Shown in pieces: positions 18,281 through 28,212 of a stretch of DNA of 64,000 nt. Location: positions 539,034-603,033 of the forward strand of contig JACQJR010000001.1 in the NCBI GenBank assembly GCA_016204995.1, given 5' to 3'. Under the pieces are notes generated by a model that worked only from the letters and a program-made list of their open reading frames with translations, was not told the DNA's origin and made no database searches. Position numbers and translations under genes: made by a program. How positions within the stretch are numbered: position 1 is the stretch's first letter; every line of letters starts with the position of its first letter. This DNA is from Candidatus Microgenomates bacterium (GTDB taxonomy: Bacteria; Patescibacteriota; Microgenomatia; UBA8517; JACQJR01).

Positions 18281-19321
18281 ATGGTAAATTCTCGCCAAAA
18301 AGGTTTTGCTCCAATCTTAATTTTACTTTTACTGCTAGGTGGTTTAGTAGTCGGCCTTTATCTGGTAAACCAAAGAACTAATCTTTTCCCATTCGCCTAT
18401 ATGCCTTCCAGGCCGATTAGCTGTGCGACTGATGCAGATTGTCTTCCTAATTATAAATGCCAAATCGATCCTGGGGTTAGTGGTGAGTGTATACCAATGA
18501 CACCTTCTCCTACGCCTAGACCTAAACCAACAACCACTCCTATTCCGACTCCTACGCCTGCAAATACAATTTCTGTTAAGCCTTCAGTGGTCACATCGGG
18601 AGATGATCTTATTGTTTCTTGGAATATCTCTAATGCTACCACTAAAGACTATATCAGAATTTTGACATCCGAGGGAAATCAGTATTTTGGTCTTGGTCCT
18701 TTGGGAATAAATCCAAGTAATAACTGTAATTTAAATAATATACCTGGTATAACTGCGCTCCCACAGGGAAGTTGTAAATTTACATCAGCCGCGATAGGTA
18801 GCGCTTTAGGAATATTTAGATTGGGCTATTTCAATCAAGGAGGAAGCTTGCTCACTAAAAGTGAGACATTTAGGGTTAATGCAGCATCATCGGGAGTTCT
18901 TACTGCAATCATAGTCAGTTCGCAAGTCCATTTGAGCTGGAATGGCATTAGTAATGCAACCACAAGCGATTATATTAATTACATTCACGTTAATGACTAT
19001 AGTGGTGCTGGAGTTCATACTTACTGGCCAACCAATAATTGTTCAATTTTCAGCGGTGGCACTACGCCAGTGCCTACGGGAAATTGTGATATAGAATTTC
19101 CGTTTTCTGGAGGAGATTATAGATTAGTTATGTCTAGTGATAACGGGGGTATTTTAGCAATTAGTAATAATATTACTATTCCACCCATATCTTTCGATGG
19201 TTTTAAAAAGGCTTATGGGGCGAAAAAGGGAGAAGCAAATTATGACGCACGATACGACGCTAATAATGACGGTAAGATAGATGTTTTTGATCTAATCCAA
19301 CTCCGTAGTCAATTTAAATAA
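18281..19321 (+). CDS. surface protein with pilin-type signal, P/T linker, two Cys-containing repeats and a dockerin/EF-hand-like C-terminus
   Basis: RQKGFAPILILLL; TPSPTPRP; repeated SWN.ISNATT.DYI; DANNDGKIDVFD. Confidence 0.75.
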   Translation: MVNSRQKGFAPILILLLLLGGLVVGLYLVNQRTNLFPFAYMPSRPISCATDADCLPNYKCQIDPGVSGECIPMTPSPTPRPKPTTTPIPTPTPANTISVKPSVVTSGDDLIVSWNISNATTKDYIRILTSEGNQYFGLGPLGINPSNNCNLNNIPGITALPQGSCKFTSAAIGSALGIFRLGYFNQGGSLLTKSETFRVNAASSGVLTAIIVSSQVHLSWNGISNATTSDYINYIHVNDYSGAGVHTYWPTNNCSIFSGGTTPVPTGNCDIEFPFSGGDYRLVMSSDNGGILAISNNITIPPISFDGFKKAYGAKKGEANYDARYDANNDGKIDVFDLIQLRSQFK

Positions 19322-19389
19322 CGGTTTACTTCCCGCCCCGGAAGCATTCCTTGACTTTTATTATTTAAGAGAATTATGATAAACAAAGC

Positions 19390-20013
19390 ATGTGGTATCG
19401 GGTGGCCTCTGTTGTAGCTCTCTTAATTTTTGCTGTTGGTGTTTTAACTACTTCTGTTCTGCGAGCGACCCTGCCGGAATATGCTTTTTCTAAGACTAAC
19501 TCCACCCCTAAACCAACTTTGCAAGTGACGGAAGTGGAATATTATCTTGCCTATCCGGGAATTTTGCCGGATCATTTTTTATGGCCGGCCAAAAATCTAC
19601 GCGATAATTTATGGCTCTTTTTAACCACCGATCCTTTAAAAAAGGCCGAGCTTTATTTAGTGCTAGCTGATAAAAGACTGGGGGCGGCGCTGGCATTGGC
19701 TGACGGAGGGAAAGAAAATTTAGCCGCGCCGACTGCCATAGAGGCGGAAAAATATTTACAGCAGGCAGTGGAGAAAGAAACAATTGCCCGTCAGAAAAGA
19801 GCAGATACCGGTCAGTTATTGGATAAGCTGGCTATAGCTACCCTCAAACACCGCCAGGTTTTGGAAGAGATATACAGTCAGGTTGATGAGGGTGAGAGAT
19901 CAGATATCGCCTCTGCTATTGACTATCCCAAAAAGATTTTTAGCCAGCTTAAGTCGGTTTTAGGTGCTCTTAATAGGGCAGTGCCACCTTCTCCTTTTGA
20001 TATTTCCGAGTAA
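19390..20013 (+). CDS. membrane-anchored helical protein (DUF5667-like)
   Basis: N-terminal TM; YPGILPDHFLWP..K and ADKRL motifs. Confidence 0.6.
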   Translation: MWYRVASVVALLIFAVGVLTTSVLRATLPEYAFSKTNSTPKPTLQVTEVEYYLAYPGILPDHFLWPAKNLRDNLWLFLTTDPLKKAELYLVLADKRLGAALALADGGKENLAAPTAIEAEKYLQQAVEKETIARQKRADTGQLLDKLAIATLKHRQVLEEIYSQVDEGERSDIASAIDYPKKIFSQLKSVLGALNRAVPPSPFDISE

Positions 20014-20192
20014 ATATTTTATATATCAAATTTTGATGAGAGTAGTGATGATTTTTGCCCGACTAGCTTTCAGGAAAATTTAGCAAAATTTTTTAGCTTG
20101 GTTTTATCCGTAGACTGCCCATCTCTGATACACATTTTTATAGTTGACAGATTTTGGCCCGACAGGCAATTATAGGGTTGTAAACAACATCT

Positions 20193-22658
20193 ATGGAATT
20201 AGTCACTTTAAACGATACCAAAATACAAAAGAAGAAAAGGACTAATGGTAACGGTCATAGTAACGGTGACCTTAAAACCATTTTTGCTCCCAAACCTCAT
20301 TTTGTTTCTATGGATTATGGAACAGAACTTATCGGCATTCGCCGCGATATATTTTTGGATAGATATTCACTAAAAGATATTGATGGTAAAGCTTTGGAAA
20401 CTTACCCGGAGCAGATGTGGCGGAGAGTGGCTTGGGGAATTGCCCAAGTGGAAAAAAATGATAAATTAAAACTGGCATGGGAAGACAAATTTTATCAGGC
20501 AATGAGCGACTTTAAATTTGTCCCGGCTGGCCGCATTTTATCCGGCGCTGGTACTGGATACGAGGTGACTTTTTATAATTGCTACGTCATTCCCAGTCCG
20601 CCCGACTCCAGACACGGCATTATGCAAAATATTGAACTGACGGTGGAAATTCAAGCCCGAGGTGGCGGAGTAGGTATCAATTTATCATCGTTGCGTCCGC
20701 GTGGGGCCCGGGTGAAAAAAGTTAATGGTACTTCTTCCGGCCCGGTTAATTGGGCTGAGCTTTATTCTACCGCCAATCATGATGTTATTCAGCAGGGTGG
20801 CTCCAGACGCGGCGCCTTAATGTTAATGATTAACGATTGGCATCCGGATATAGAAGAATTTATTACCGTCAAACAGGATTTAAGGAAAATTCCTGGAGCT
20901 AATTTATCAGTTTGTGTCAGCGAGGCTTTTATGAAGGCGGTTCGCGAGGATGGGGAGTGGCAAACGGTTTTTCCCGATTTTACTACGTCGCTGTATGATG
21001 AGCTGTGGGATGGAGATTTACAAAAGTGGCAGGAGAGAGACTTGCCGGTTAAAGTTTATAAAACCTTTAAGGCTCGCTATTTGTGGGATTTAATTGCCGA
21101 GGCGGCCTGGAGAAGCGCCGAGCCGGGAGTGGTTTTTATTGACCGCTATAACGAAATATCTAACTCTTGGTATTTTGAAAAAATTATTGCCACCAATCCT
21201 TGCGGCGAACAAGGTTTGGGCGCTTGGGGAGTTTGTAATTTAGGACATATTAATTTATTGCCTTTTGTCAAAGACGGCAAAATGGATTATGAAAGTCTTC
21301 GTGAGCATGTCGCCATTGCTACCAGATTTTTAGATAATGTTATTGACTCCAATTATTATTTTGCCAAAGAAAATGAAGATGCCCAAAAATATGGTATTAG
21401 ACGAACTGGTTTGGGAACATTGGGACTGGCTGATGCTTTAATTAAAATGGGTATTCGTTACGGTAGCGAAGAGTCACTTTCCGAGATAGAAAAAATTTAT
21501 CAAATCATCCGTGACACAGCTTATGAAACTTCTGCAGATCTCTCTCGCGAGAAAGGGCCTTTTGCTAAATTTGAGAAAGAAAAATATTTGCAGAGCAAGT
21601 TTGTGAGCCAGTTGCCCCAAAATATCAAAAATAAAATTGCCAAACAGGGGATTAGGAATGGAATTTTACTTACTCAAGCGCCCACCGGCACCATCTCGCT
21701 TTTGGCCGGAGTTTCCAGCGGCATTGAGCCAGTTTATGAATTTAGCTACCGTCGAAATGATCGAACAGGGGAACATATTGTTAATCATCCGCTTTATCAA
21801 GATTGGCTAGACAAAAATCCCGCCCAGGGCGGCGAAGACGTACCGGATTATTTTGTCAGTGCCGGCGAGTTAACGCCGGAAGAACATATCAGAGTGCAGG
21901 CCATGGTGCAAAAATATACCGATGCCTCCATTTCTAAAACTGTTAATGCGCCTAATGCCCATACTGTGGACGATGTTAAAAATCTTTTTAATTTGGCTTA
22001 TAAATTAGGCTGTAAGGGAGTGACTTACTTCCGTGATGGTTCAAGAATGGGTGTGTTATCTAAAGTGGATGAGGAAAAACCAACCGTCGTCATTCAACAA
22101 GAATCGGTTAAGATACGACCGGTTAAGGCAATGGGTGCCACCTACCGAATTCCTACGCCGATGGGCAGCGCTTTTATCACCATTAATGAAGATGAAAATG
22201 GCGAACCGCTAGAAGTATTTTTGAATGTGGGGAAAGCCGGGTCAGATGTGACAGCCATGGCGGAAGCTTTGGGCCGACTTATTTCTACCTCTTTGAGATT
22301 ACGGGGTAATTTGTCGGCTCGGGAAAGAGTAGTAGAAATTGCCAATCAGCTGGCAGGAATCGGCGGCAGAAGATCATTAGGTTTTGGGCCGGATAAAGTC
22401 CGCTCTTTGCCGGATGCGATAGCCACAGCTTTAAGTATTCACTGCGGAGTCAAAATGAATGGTAATGGTAAAACTCATGATGAAGGAAAAGAAGTAGAAA
22501 CTTTACTGGAAAATTCTGAAAAGCAGCCTAGTTTTACCAATGGGAAACCCTCTTTGCATGCCGCTAAATTTGATCTTTGTCCGGAATGCGGAGCCAGCAG
22601 TATGGTTTACGAAGAAGGTTGCGCCAAATGTTACGAATGCGGCCATAGTGAGTGCTGA
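20193..22658 (+). CDS. nrdJ: class II (adenosylcobalamin-dependent) ribonucleotide reductase with C-terminal TSCPD-like and Zn-ribbon domains
   Basis: PAGR, FYNCYV, TNPCGEQ, CNLG, APTGT and SISKT motifs; terminal CPEC..CYEC; no beta subunit; PduO next. Confidence 0.92.
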   Translation: MELVTLNDTKIQKKKRTNGNGHSNGDLKTIFAPKPHFVSMDYGTELIGIRRDIFLDRYSLKDIDGKALETYPEQMWRRVAWGIAQVEKNDKLKLAWEDKFYQAMSDFKFVPAGRILSGAGTGYEVTFYNCYVIPSPPDSRHGIMQNIELTVEIQARGGGVGINLSSLRPRGARVKKVNGTSSGPVNWAELYSTANHDVIQQGGSRRGALMLMINDWHPDIEEFITVKQDLRKIPGANLSVCVSEAFMKAVREDGEWQTVFPDFTTSLYDELWDGDLQKWQERDLPVKVYKTFKARYLWDLIAEAAWRSAEPGVVFIDRYNEISNSWYFEKIIATNPCGEQGLGAWGVCNLGHINLLPFVKDGKMDYESLREHVAIATRFLDNVIDSNYYFAKENEDAQKYGIRRTGLGTLGLADALIKMGIRYGSEESLSEIEKIYQIIRDTAYETSADLSREKGPFAKFEKEKYLQSKFVSQLPQNIKNKIAKQGIRNGILLTQAPTGTISLLAGVSSGIEPVYEFSYRRNDRTGEHIVNHPLYQDWLDKNPAQGGEDVPDYFVSAGELTPEEHIRVQAMVQKYTDASISKTVNAPNAHTVDDVKNLFNLAYKLGCKGVTYFRDGSRMGVLSKVDEEKPTVVIQQESVKIRPVKAMGATYRIPTPMGSAFITINEDENGEPLEVFLNVGKAGSDVTAMAEALGRLISTSLRLRGNLSARERVVEIANQLAGIGGRRSLGFGPDKVRSLPDAIATALSIHCGVKMNGNGKTHDEGKEVETLLENSEKQPSFTNGKPSLHAAKFDLCPECGASSMVYEEGCAKCYECGHSEC

Positions 22659-22755
22659 TAGAGCTTAGATTTTAGAGATTAGAACTTAGAAATTAGTTAA
22701 GGAATTTTTAGCCTGCCCTATTCCTGAACATCTAAAATCTATTATCTAACTTCAA
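22659..22755. repeat. 7-bp-period inverted array (TAGA / TCTA)
   Basis: tagagct tagattt tagagat tagaact tagaaat ... tctaaaa tctatta tctaact. Confidence 0.8.
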
Positions 22756-23307
22756 ATGTCTATTTATACACGCCGCGGCGACACTGGCCAGACCAGTTTG
22801 TATGGAAGCCGAGAACGATATGCTAAAACCGACACCCGCTTTGTCGCTTTGGGAACAATTGATGAGCTTAATGCGCACCTCGGGTTGGTTTCTAGTGGAT
22901 GCACCGACCGAAGAGTTAAACGAGAGCTTACCGCAATCCAACAAACCATCTTTGAAATAGGGGCAGAAATTGCCGCGTCAAACGCGGCTAGCGCCACCTT
23001 CAAATTAAAGAAATCTGCTACCACCAGGCTGGAAAAATGGATTGACTTTTATTGGAATAAGTTACCGCCTTTAGCTAATTTTATTTTACCGGGAGGGAGT
23101 GAGGCGGCCGCCCAAACTCATATTGCCCGCACTGTCTGCCGCCGGGCCGAAAGGGCAATAGTGCGCCTGAATGATAAGGAAAGTGTAAACCCTAATATCT
23201 TAACCCACATTAATCGTTTATCAGATTATCTGTTGGCCTTAGCCCGTTGGGTAAATTACTTGGAAGGGGTGGGGGAGATTATTTGGCAAGGCGCTAAGAA
23301 AAAATAA
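22756..23307 (+). CDS. PduO-type ATP:cob(I)alamin adenosyltransferase
   Basis: IYTRRGDTGQT, GTIDELNA, FILPGG, RTVCRRAER and NRLSDYL motifs. Confidence 0.93.
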   Translation: MSIYTRRGDTGQTSLYGSRERYAKTDTRFVALGTIDELNAHLGLVSSGCTDRRVKRELTAIQQTIFEIGAEIAASNAASATFKLKKSATTRLEKWIDFYWNKLPPLANFILPGGSEAAAQTHIARTVCRRAERAIVRLNDKESVNPNILTHINRLSDYLLALARWVNYLEGVGEIIWQGAKKK

Positions 23308-23342
23308 CTGCCTCTTGACAAATTAATAATGACCATGCTACC

Positions 23343-23582
23343 ATGACTATGGTCATGCAACAGCTAATTTCTAAATCTCAATTCAAAGCGCAACTATTGG
23401 AATATCTACGCATGGTAGAAAAGAAGAAACAACCTTTAATCGTGACACATGAAGGTAAGCCGGTAGTAAAAGTAATTCCTTATCAGGATGAATCAGTGTT
23501 GCAATCTCTTCGCAATACAGTTACTTATTATCACCTGCCGACAGAGCCGATAGGAGTTAAAAACTGGGAAGCTATAAAATGA
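23343..23582 (+). CDS. Phd/YefM antitoxin
   Basis: SQFKAQL..LRMV and LIVTHEGKPVVKV motifs. Confidence 0.85.
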   Translation: MTMVMQQLISKSQFKAQLLEYLRMVEKKKQPLIVTHEGKPVVKVIPYQDESVLQSLRNTVTYYHLPTEPIGVKNWEAIK

Positions 23583-23977
23583 TTATTTTAGATACACATA
23601 CTCTTGTATGGTGGGTGAGTAATCCAGAAAAGCTATCCGCCAAGTCGCGAAAAGCAATAGAAGGCGAATTAAAGAAAAAGAAAGAGATTTTAGTTTCTTC
23701 AATTAGCGTGTGGGAAATTTGTTTATTAGTTAAGAAAGAAAGGCTGCAATTAACTATGGATATTGAGAGCTGGATTGATAAAATTAGCCAGCTATCCGCG
23801 TTTAAATTTATTGCCGTTGATAATCAAATTGCCGCCAAATCTGTTAATTTACCAGGCGTATTTCATGATGATCCAGCAGATAGAATGATTGTGGCGACAG
23901 CCCTAGAGTCTGGCGCGAGTCTTATAACTAGTGATAAAAGAATTAGAAAATATTCTCCCGTCAGATCTATTTGGTAA
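23579..23977 (+). CDS. VapC PIN toxin
   Basis: ILDTHTLVW, SSISVWEI and HDDPADRMIVATA motifs. Confidence 0.9.
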   Translation: MIILDTHTLVWWVSNPEKLSAKSRKAIEGELKKKKEILVSSISVWEICLLVKKERLQLTMDIESWIDKISQLSAFKFIAVDNQIAAKSVNLPGVFHDDPADRMIVATALESGASLITSDKRIRKYSPVRSIW

Positions 23978-24059
23978 ATGACGAGGTTTGACCCCGTATT
24001 ATCCGTAGTAGCTTATTTTTCTTCGCAAAATTATTCACCAGAAATGTTACAATATAAGT

Positions 24060-24356
24060 ATGGAAATTAAGACCATTCCGATGGTGGAGCATTTGCCCAA
24101 TGGCAGTCAGCCGTATCCGAAACTAGATGGCATGCCGGTAGGGTCGGTGGGACACGTAGGTGAACACGCCGAACACGAACCGATTGTCAGTGGCGGTCAG
24201 ATAGTAGCGGCACCCCCAGGACATGGTGTCCAGGTTAAGACTATCCCTTCAGCAGAAGAGGTGGAAAAGAGGATGAAAGAAAAGGCCGAGGAAGGTGGCA
24301 GATGGTGGGCAGTTTTTGGAAAGAGAGAAGGATTAAAGAAAGGCAATAGGGTTTAG
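24060..24356 (+). CDS. hypothetical protein
   Basis: 98-aa ORF with an extended -10 6 nt upstream; its stop lies in the following array. Confidence 0.55.
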   Translation: MEIKTIPMVEHLPNGSQPYPKLDGMPVGSVGHVGEHAEHEPIVSGGQIVAAPPGHGVQVKTIPSAEEVEKRMKEKAEEGGRWWAVFGKREGLKKGNRV

Positions 24357-24420
24357 GCAATAGGCACTAGAAAGGAAACTTCCTACTAATGCCTAGTTAC
24401 TATTGCCTAGTGCCTAATTA
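24341..24420. repeat. 7-bp-period inverted array (TAGG / CCTA family)
   Basis: taggcaa taggcac tag ... ctagtta ctattgc ctagtgc ctaatta. Confidence 0.85.
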
Positions 24421-24422
24421 TT

Positions 24423-26762
24423 ATGGAATTTACCGCGCCAGTTACCAATAATATCAACCTTATTTTTTTAATTTTAATTTCTATTGGCCTATTAGGTCTA
24501 GCCGGGGCCATCTTGTTTTACATCGGCTTTACCCTTTTCCGTTTTCGCGACCGGGAAGAACGGTCATTATCCGGCGTACTGTTGCAAGTGGCTGTGCCGC
24601 GGGATAATGAAATCAAAATTGATGCGGCTGAACAGATGTTTGCCGCCCTTACTTCCATTAAAAAAGGCGGTTTCCGGCAAAAGTTTAAAAGCCAAGACAC
24701 GATCTCTTTTGAGATTGTGGCCAGGCAGGAAGATATTCGTTTTTATGTCTGGACACCCAAGCGGCTGATGGATTTAATTGAAAAACAAATTCATGGGGCC
24801 TACCCCGATGCAGAAGTGATAGAAGTAGAAGACCAAAATATTTTCGCCGCAGGAGGAAAAGTAGCATATGGGGCGCTGCAGCTGCGCGGCCTGCCTTATT
24901 ATCCTCTTAAAACTTATAAGGAACTGGCGACGGATCCGTTGTCGCTTTTGACAACAGCTCTAGCCAAGATGGGGCCGAACGAGGCGGCGGCTGTTCAGAT
25001 ATTAATTTCGCCAGCCGAAATGGATTGGCGGGGCTCGGGCCGATCTTTTATCTCTGGCACTAAAAAATCTGAAGCCGATCCGCAAAAAGCCAGTTACAAA
25101 GTAGATGCCAAGTCGCTGGAGGCTATAGAAAATAAAGTAGGCAAACCTGGTTTTGAAACCTCTATTAGAATTGTCGCTACGGCCCCGGAGATGGAAACGG
25201 CCAAGATGAATTTGGCTAATATTAGATCTGCCTTTGAGCAATTCTCCGGTGAGAATAATGGATTTAAAGGACGAAAAATTCGCAATAAAGGATCTTTTGT
25301 GACTGATTTTCTATATCGTTATCAACCGATGTTTCATGTCTTTGGCAACCACCCTTCTATTTTAAACAGTGAAGAGCTAGCTACTATTTTCCATTGGCCT
25401 AATAAACAAATTACGACTCCTCATATTTATTGGATTTATTCCCGTCGGGCTCCAGCTCCGGCCCAAATTCCTACAGAAGGGCTTTATATTGGTAAAAGTA
25501 GTTATCGGGGGATTGAGCGACCGGTTTATATTTCCGACAGCGATCGCAACCGCCATATTTATATTGTCGGTAAAACCGGTACCGGCAAATCAGAACTCTT
25601 GAAGGAATTGGTTTTACAAGATATCCGGGCCGGTAAAGGAGTTTGTTTTATTGATCCCCACGACACGATTGAGAAAATTTTACCCTTCATTCCGCCGGAG
25701 AGAGCAGAGGACGTGATTTATTTTTATCCGCGTGATTTTGACCGACCAATGGGATTAAATCTCCTGGAGGCAGAAACGGAAGAACAAAAGCATTTTATTA
25801 CTTCCAGTATCATTAATATGTTTTATAAATTATTTGATCCTTACCGCACCGGTATTGTCGGTCCTCGTTTTGAACATGGAATTCGTAATGCCATGCTGAC
25901 AGCCATGTCCGAGCCCGGCTCCACGTTTGTGGAAGTAGTGCGGATTATGACTGATGCCCGTTTTGTTCAGGAATTATTGCCTAAAGTGTCTGATCCGGTG
26001 GTGCGGCGTTACTGGACTGACCAGATTGCTCAAACCTCGGATTTTCATAAAAGCGAAGTTTTAGATTACACCGTTTCTAAATTTGGCCGCTTTGTCACCG
26101 ATAAAATGATCAGAAATATTATTGGTCAAAGTCAGAGCTCTTTTGATTTTAGAAAAGTAATGGATGAAGGAAAAATTTTACTGATTAATTTAGCCAAAGG
26201 TGAAATCGGGGAGGAGAATTGTAACTTTTTGGGAACGATTTTAATTCCGCGGCTTTTGATTGCTGCCATGTCCAGACAGGATGTGCCGGAAAGAGAGCGG
26301 CGGGATTTTTATCTCTATGTGGATGAATTTCAGAATTTTGCCACGCCCGACTTTGCCCAGATTTTATCAGAAGCCCGAAAATATAAATTGAGTTTGTGTG
26401 TGGCCAACCAATTTGTTGGTCAAATTGAAGAGGAGGTTAAAAACGCCATCTTTGGTAATGTCGGTAGTTTAATGTGCTTCCGGGTGGGAGTGCCGGATGC
26501 CAATTACTTGGCTCGCGAATTTGCCCCAGTCTTTTCCGAGGAAGATTTATTAAACATTGAGCGTTTCCATGTTTATATGAAGACCATTGTTAATAACGAG
26601 CCAGTGCCGCCTTTCTCGGTAGATTTAACCAAAGACGTAGCGGCCGAGGAAAAACAAGCTAATCCTCGCGTGGCAGAGCTTATCCGCGAAATGTCTCGCC
26701 TTAAATATGGCCGCGATCGGATAGCGGTGGAAGCGGAGATTGAAAGAAGAGCTAAATTATAG
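24423..26762 (+). CDS. VirB4/TraG/HerA-like membrane-anchored P-loop ATPase
   Basis: Walker A GKTGTGKS; Walker B LYVDEFQNF; EARKY motif. Confidence 0.88.
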   Translation: MEFTAPVTNNINLIFLILISIGLLGLAGAILFYIGFTLFRFRDREERSLSGVLLQVAVPRDNEIKIDAAEQMFAALTSIKKGGFRQKFKSQDTISFEIVARQEDIRFYVWTPKRLMDLIEKQIHGAYPDAEVIEVEDQNIFAAGGKVAYGALQLRGLPYYPLKTYKELATDPLSLLTTALAKMGPNEAAAVQILISPAEMDWRGSGRSFISGTKKSEADPQKASYKVDAKSLEAIENKVGKPGFETSIRIVATAPEMETAKMNLANIRSAFEQFSGENNGFKGRKIRNKGSFVTDFLYRYQPMFHVFGNHPSILNSEELATIFHWPNKQITTPHIYWIYSRRAPAPAQIPTEGLYIGKSSYRGIERPVYISDSDRNRHIYIVGKTGTGKSELLKELVLQDIRAGKGVCFIDPHDTIEKILPFIPPERAEDVIYFYPRDFDRPMGLNLLEAETEEQKHFITSSIINMFYKLFDPYRTGIVGPRFEHGIRNAMLTAMSEPGSTFVEVVRIMTDARFVQELLPKVSDPVVRRYWTDQIAQTSDFHKSEVLDYTVSKFGRFVTDKMIRNIIGQSQSSFDFRKVMDEGKILLINLAKGEIGEENCNFLGTILIPRLLIAAMSRQDVPERERRDFYLYVDEFQNFATPDFAQILSEARKYKLSLCVANQFVGQIEEEVKNAIFGNVGSLMCFRVGVPDANYLAREFAPVFSEEDLLNIERFHVYMKTIVNNEPVPPFSVDLTKDVAAEEKQANPRVAELIREMSRLKYGRDRIAVEAEIERRAKL

Positions 26763-26787
26763 TAAACTCTATTTAGGAGTCTAATTG

Positions 26788-26810
26788 GTCGCTCGTGGGG
26801 CGGCTTTTTT
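26788..26810 (+). terminator. weak intrinsic terminator candidate
   Basis: gtcgctc-gtg-gggcggc (several G-U pairs) followed by T6. Confidence 0.35.
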
Positions 26811-26822
26811 GTTGTCAAATTT

Positions 26823-27983
26823 ATGAAAAAAAGACCATTATTTTTCCTTTACCTGACGGTGTTTATTAACATGATCGGTTTTGGCATGGTGTTTCCCTTA
26901 ATTCCTTTTTATGCCCAGGAATTTGGAGCGACTGCTTGGGAAGTAGGTTTGTTATTTGCTTCATTTTCCATCGTCCAATTTTTCTCTTCACCCATTTTAG
27001 GTAGAATTTCTGACCGTTTTGGCAGAAAACCAGTTCTATTTTGGGGAATGATTTTGGGAAGTGCCTCCATTTTTTTTACCGGTATTGCCGGTAGTCTGAC
27101 CCAGCTTTTTGTAGCCCGTTCTCTCCATGGGGCAGTGACGGCGGCGGTTCTTCCTACCGCCCGGGCTTATATGGCCGATGTGACACCGCCGGAAAGTAGA
27201 ATCGCCGCCATGGGTAAGGTGGGAGCGGCTTTCGCCTTGGGTTTTATGATTGGACCGGCCTTTGGTTCGGCCCTAGTGGGTTGGGGTGGAATTCACATGC
27301 CGTTTTTTGCGGCCTCGCTGATTGCTCTTTTCAACGCTTTATTTTTATGGCTCTTGCTGCCCGAATCTTTGGCTCAAAAGTCAGAGAAACTGGTGATTAA
27401 AGAAGGAATTTTTAATTTATTCCGCATTTTTTCTCATTTAAAAAGCGAACCAGGAATTTTATTTGGGGTGCTTTTTGTCTGGTCTTTTGGGCTGTCCAAT
27501 AATCAAGTGGCTTTTCCACTCTTAGTCAGCAGTAAATTTTCTCTAGGGGCTGATCACATTGGCTATTTCTTTACCGCCATTGCTTTAGTCTCGGCGGTAG
27601 TCCAAGGTGGCTTTTTAGCTAGAATTGTCAAACTTTTAGGGGAAAAACCAACGCTTTTTGCCGGCATGTTATTGCAGGGGGCGGGCCTATTTTTCATTAT
27701 TTTTGCCCCTAGTGTAGCAATACTAGCGGTTTCTTTTATGGTGGCAGGCTTTGGCAGTGCTCTAAACAGACCGACGGCAGAAGGAATTATTTCACGGCTG
27801 GCCGAGACTGGACAAGGGACGACTTTGGGAGTGGCTAACTCTTTTGAAAGCTTGGGAAGAGTGTTTGGGCCGCTCTTAGGAGGTAGTTTGTATGGGGTAA
27901 ATCCGGCATTTCCCTTTATTTTTTCGGCCGCGCTGTTATGGGGTTTAGGCGTCTTTTCCCTTCGTTTTTTGAAGGTGAAGTGA
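26823..27983 (+). CDS. MFS transporter (TetA/DHA1-like)
   Basis: motif A GRISDRFGRKP; GFMIGPAFG; about 12 TMs. Confidence 0.9.
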   Translation: MKKRPLFFLYLTVFINMIGFGMVFPLIPFYAQEFGATAWEVGLLFASFSIVQFFSSPILGRISDRFGRKPVLFWGMILGSASIFFTGIAGSLTQLFVARSLHGAVTAAVLPTARAYMADVTPPESRIAAMGKVGAAFALGFMIGPAFGSALVGWGGIHMPFFAASLIALFNALFLWLLLPESLAQKSEKLVIKEGIFNLFRIFSHLKSEPGILFGVLFVWSFGLSNNQVAFPLLVSSKFSLGADHIGYFFTAIALVSAVVQGGFLARIVKLLGEKPTLFAGMLLQGAGLFFIIFAPSVAILAVSFMVAGFGSALNRPTAEGIISRLAETGQGTTLGVANSFESLGRVFGPLLGGSLYGVNPAFPFIFSAALLWGLGVFSLRFLKVK

Positions 27984-27994
27984 TATACTACAAT

Positions 27995-28090
27995 TCAGAT
28001 AATCAGTGATCAGAAAACTCAGAAAGCCAGAAAATCTGAATGTCTGAATTTCTGATACTCCGGTATTCCGAGTTTTCCGGTTATCTGAAT
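27995..28090. repeat. 8-9-bp-period inverted array (CAGA / TCTG family)
   Basis: shares ccgagttttc with the 1335 and 37301 copies, and cagaaaactcagaaa and aatttctgata with the 37301 copy. Confidence 0.85.
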
Positions 28091-28092
28091 TT

Positions 28093-28129
28093 GCGCCCGT
28101 AGCTCAGTGGTAGAGCGTCTATCTTATAT
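28093..28129 (+). pseudogene. orphan tRNA 5' half (acceptor strand, D-arm, anticodon 5' strand and loop)
   Basis: gcgcccg-ta-gctc-agtggta-gagc-g-tctat-cttatat; no matching 3' half seen in the window. Confidence 0.7.
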
Positions 28130-28136
28130 CAATTTT

Positions 28137-28212
28137 GGGTGCGTAGCTCAGCGGTTAGAGCGCCACTCTTATAAAGTGGATGTCCTTGGTTCAAATCCAA
28201 GCGCACCCACCA
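28137..28212 (+). tRNA. tRNA-Ile(UAU)
   Basis: full 76-nt cloverleaf; anticodon arm ccact-ctTATaa-agtgg; T-loop ttcaaat; encoded CCA. Confidence 0.92.

Noticed and set aside
20014-20192. Cobalamin riboswitch or NrdR boxes upstream of nrdJ
   Set aside because: No B12-box recognised; only a weak partial NrdR-like match near the ATG.
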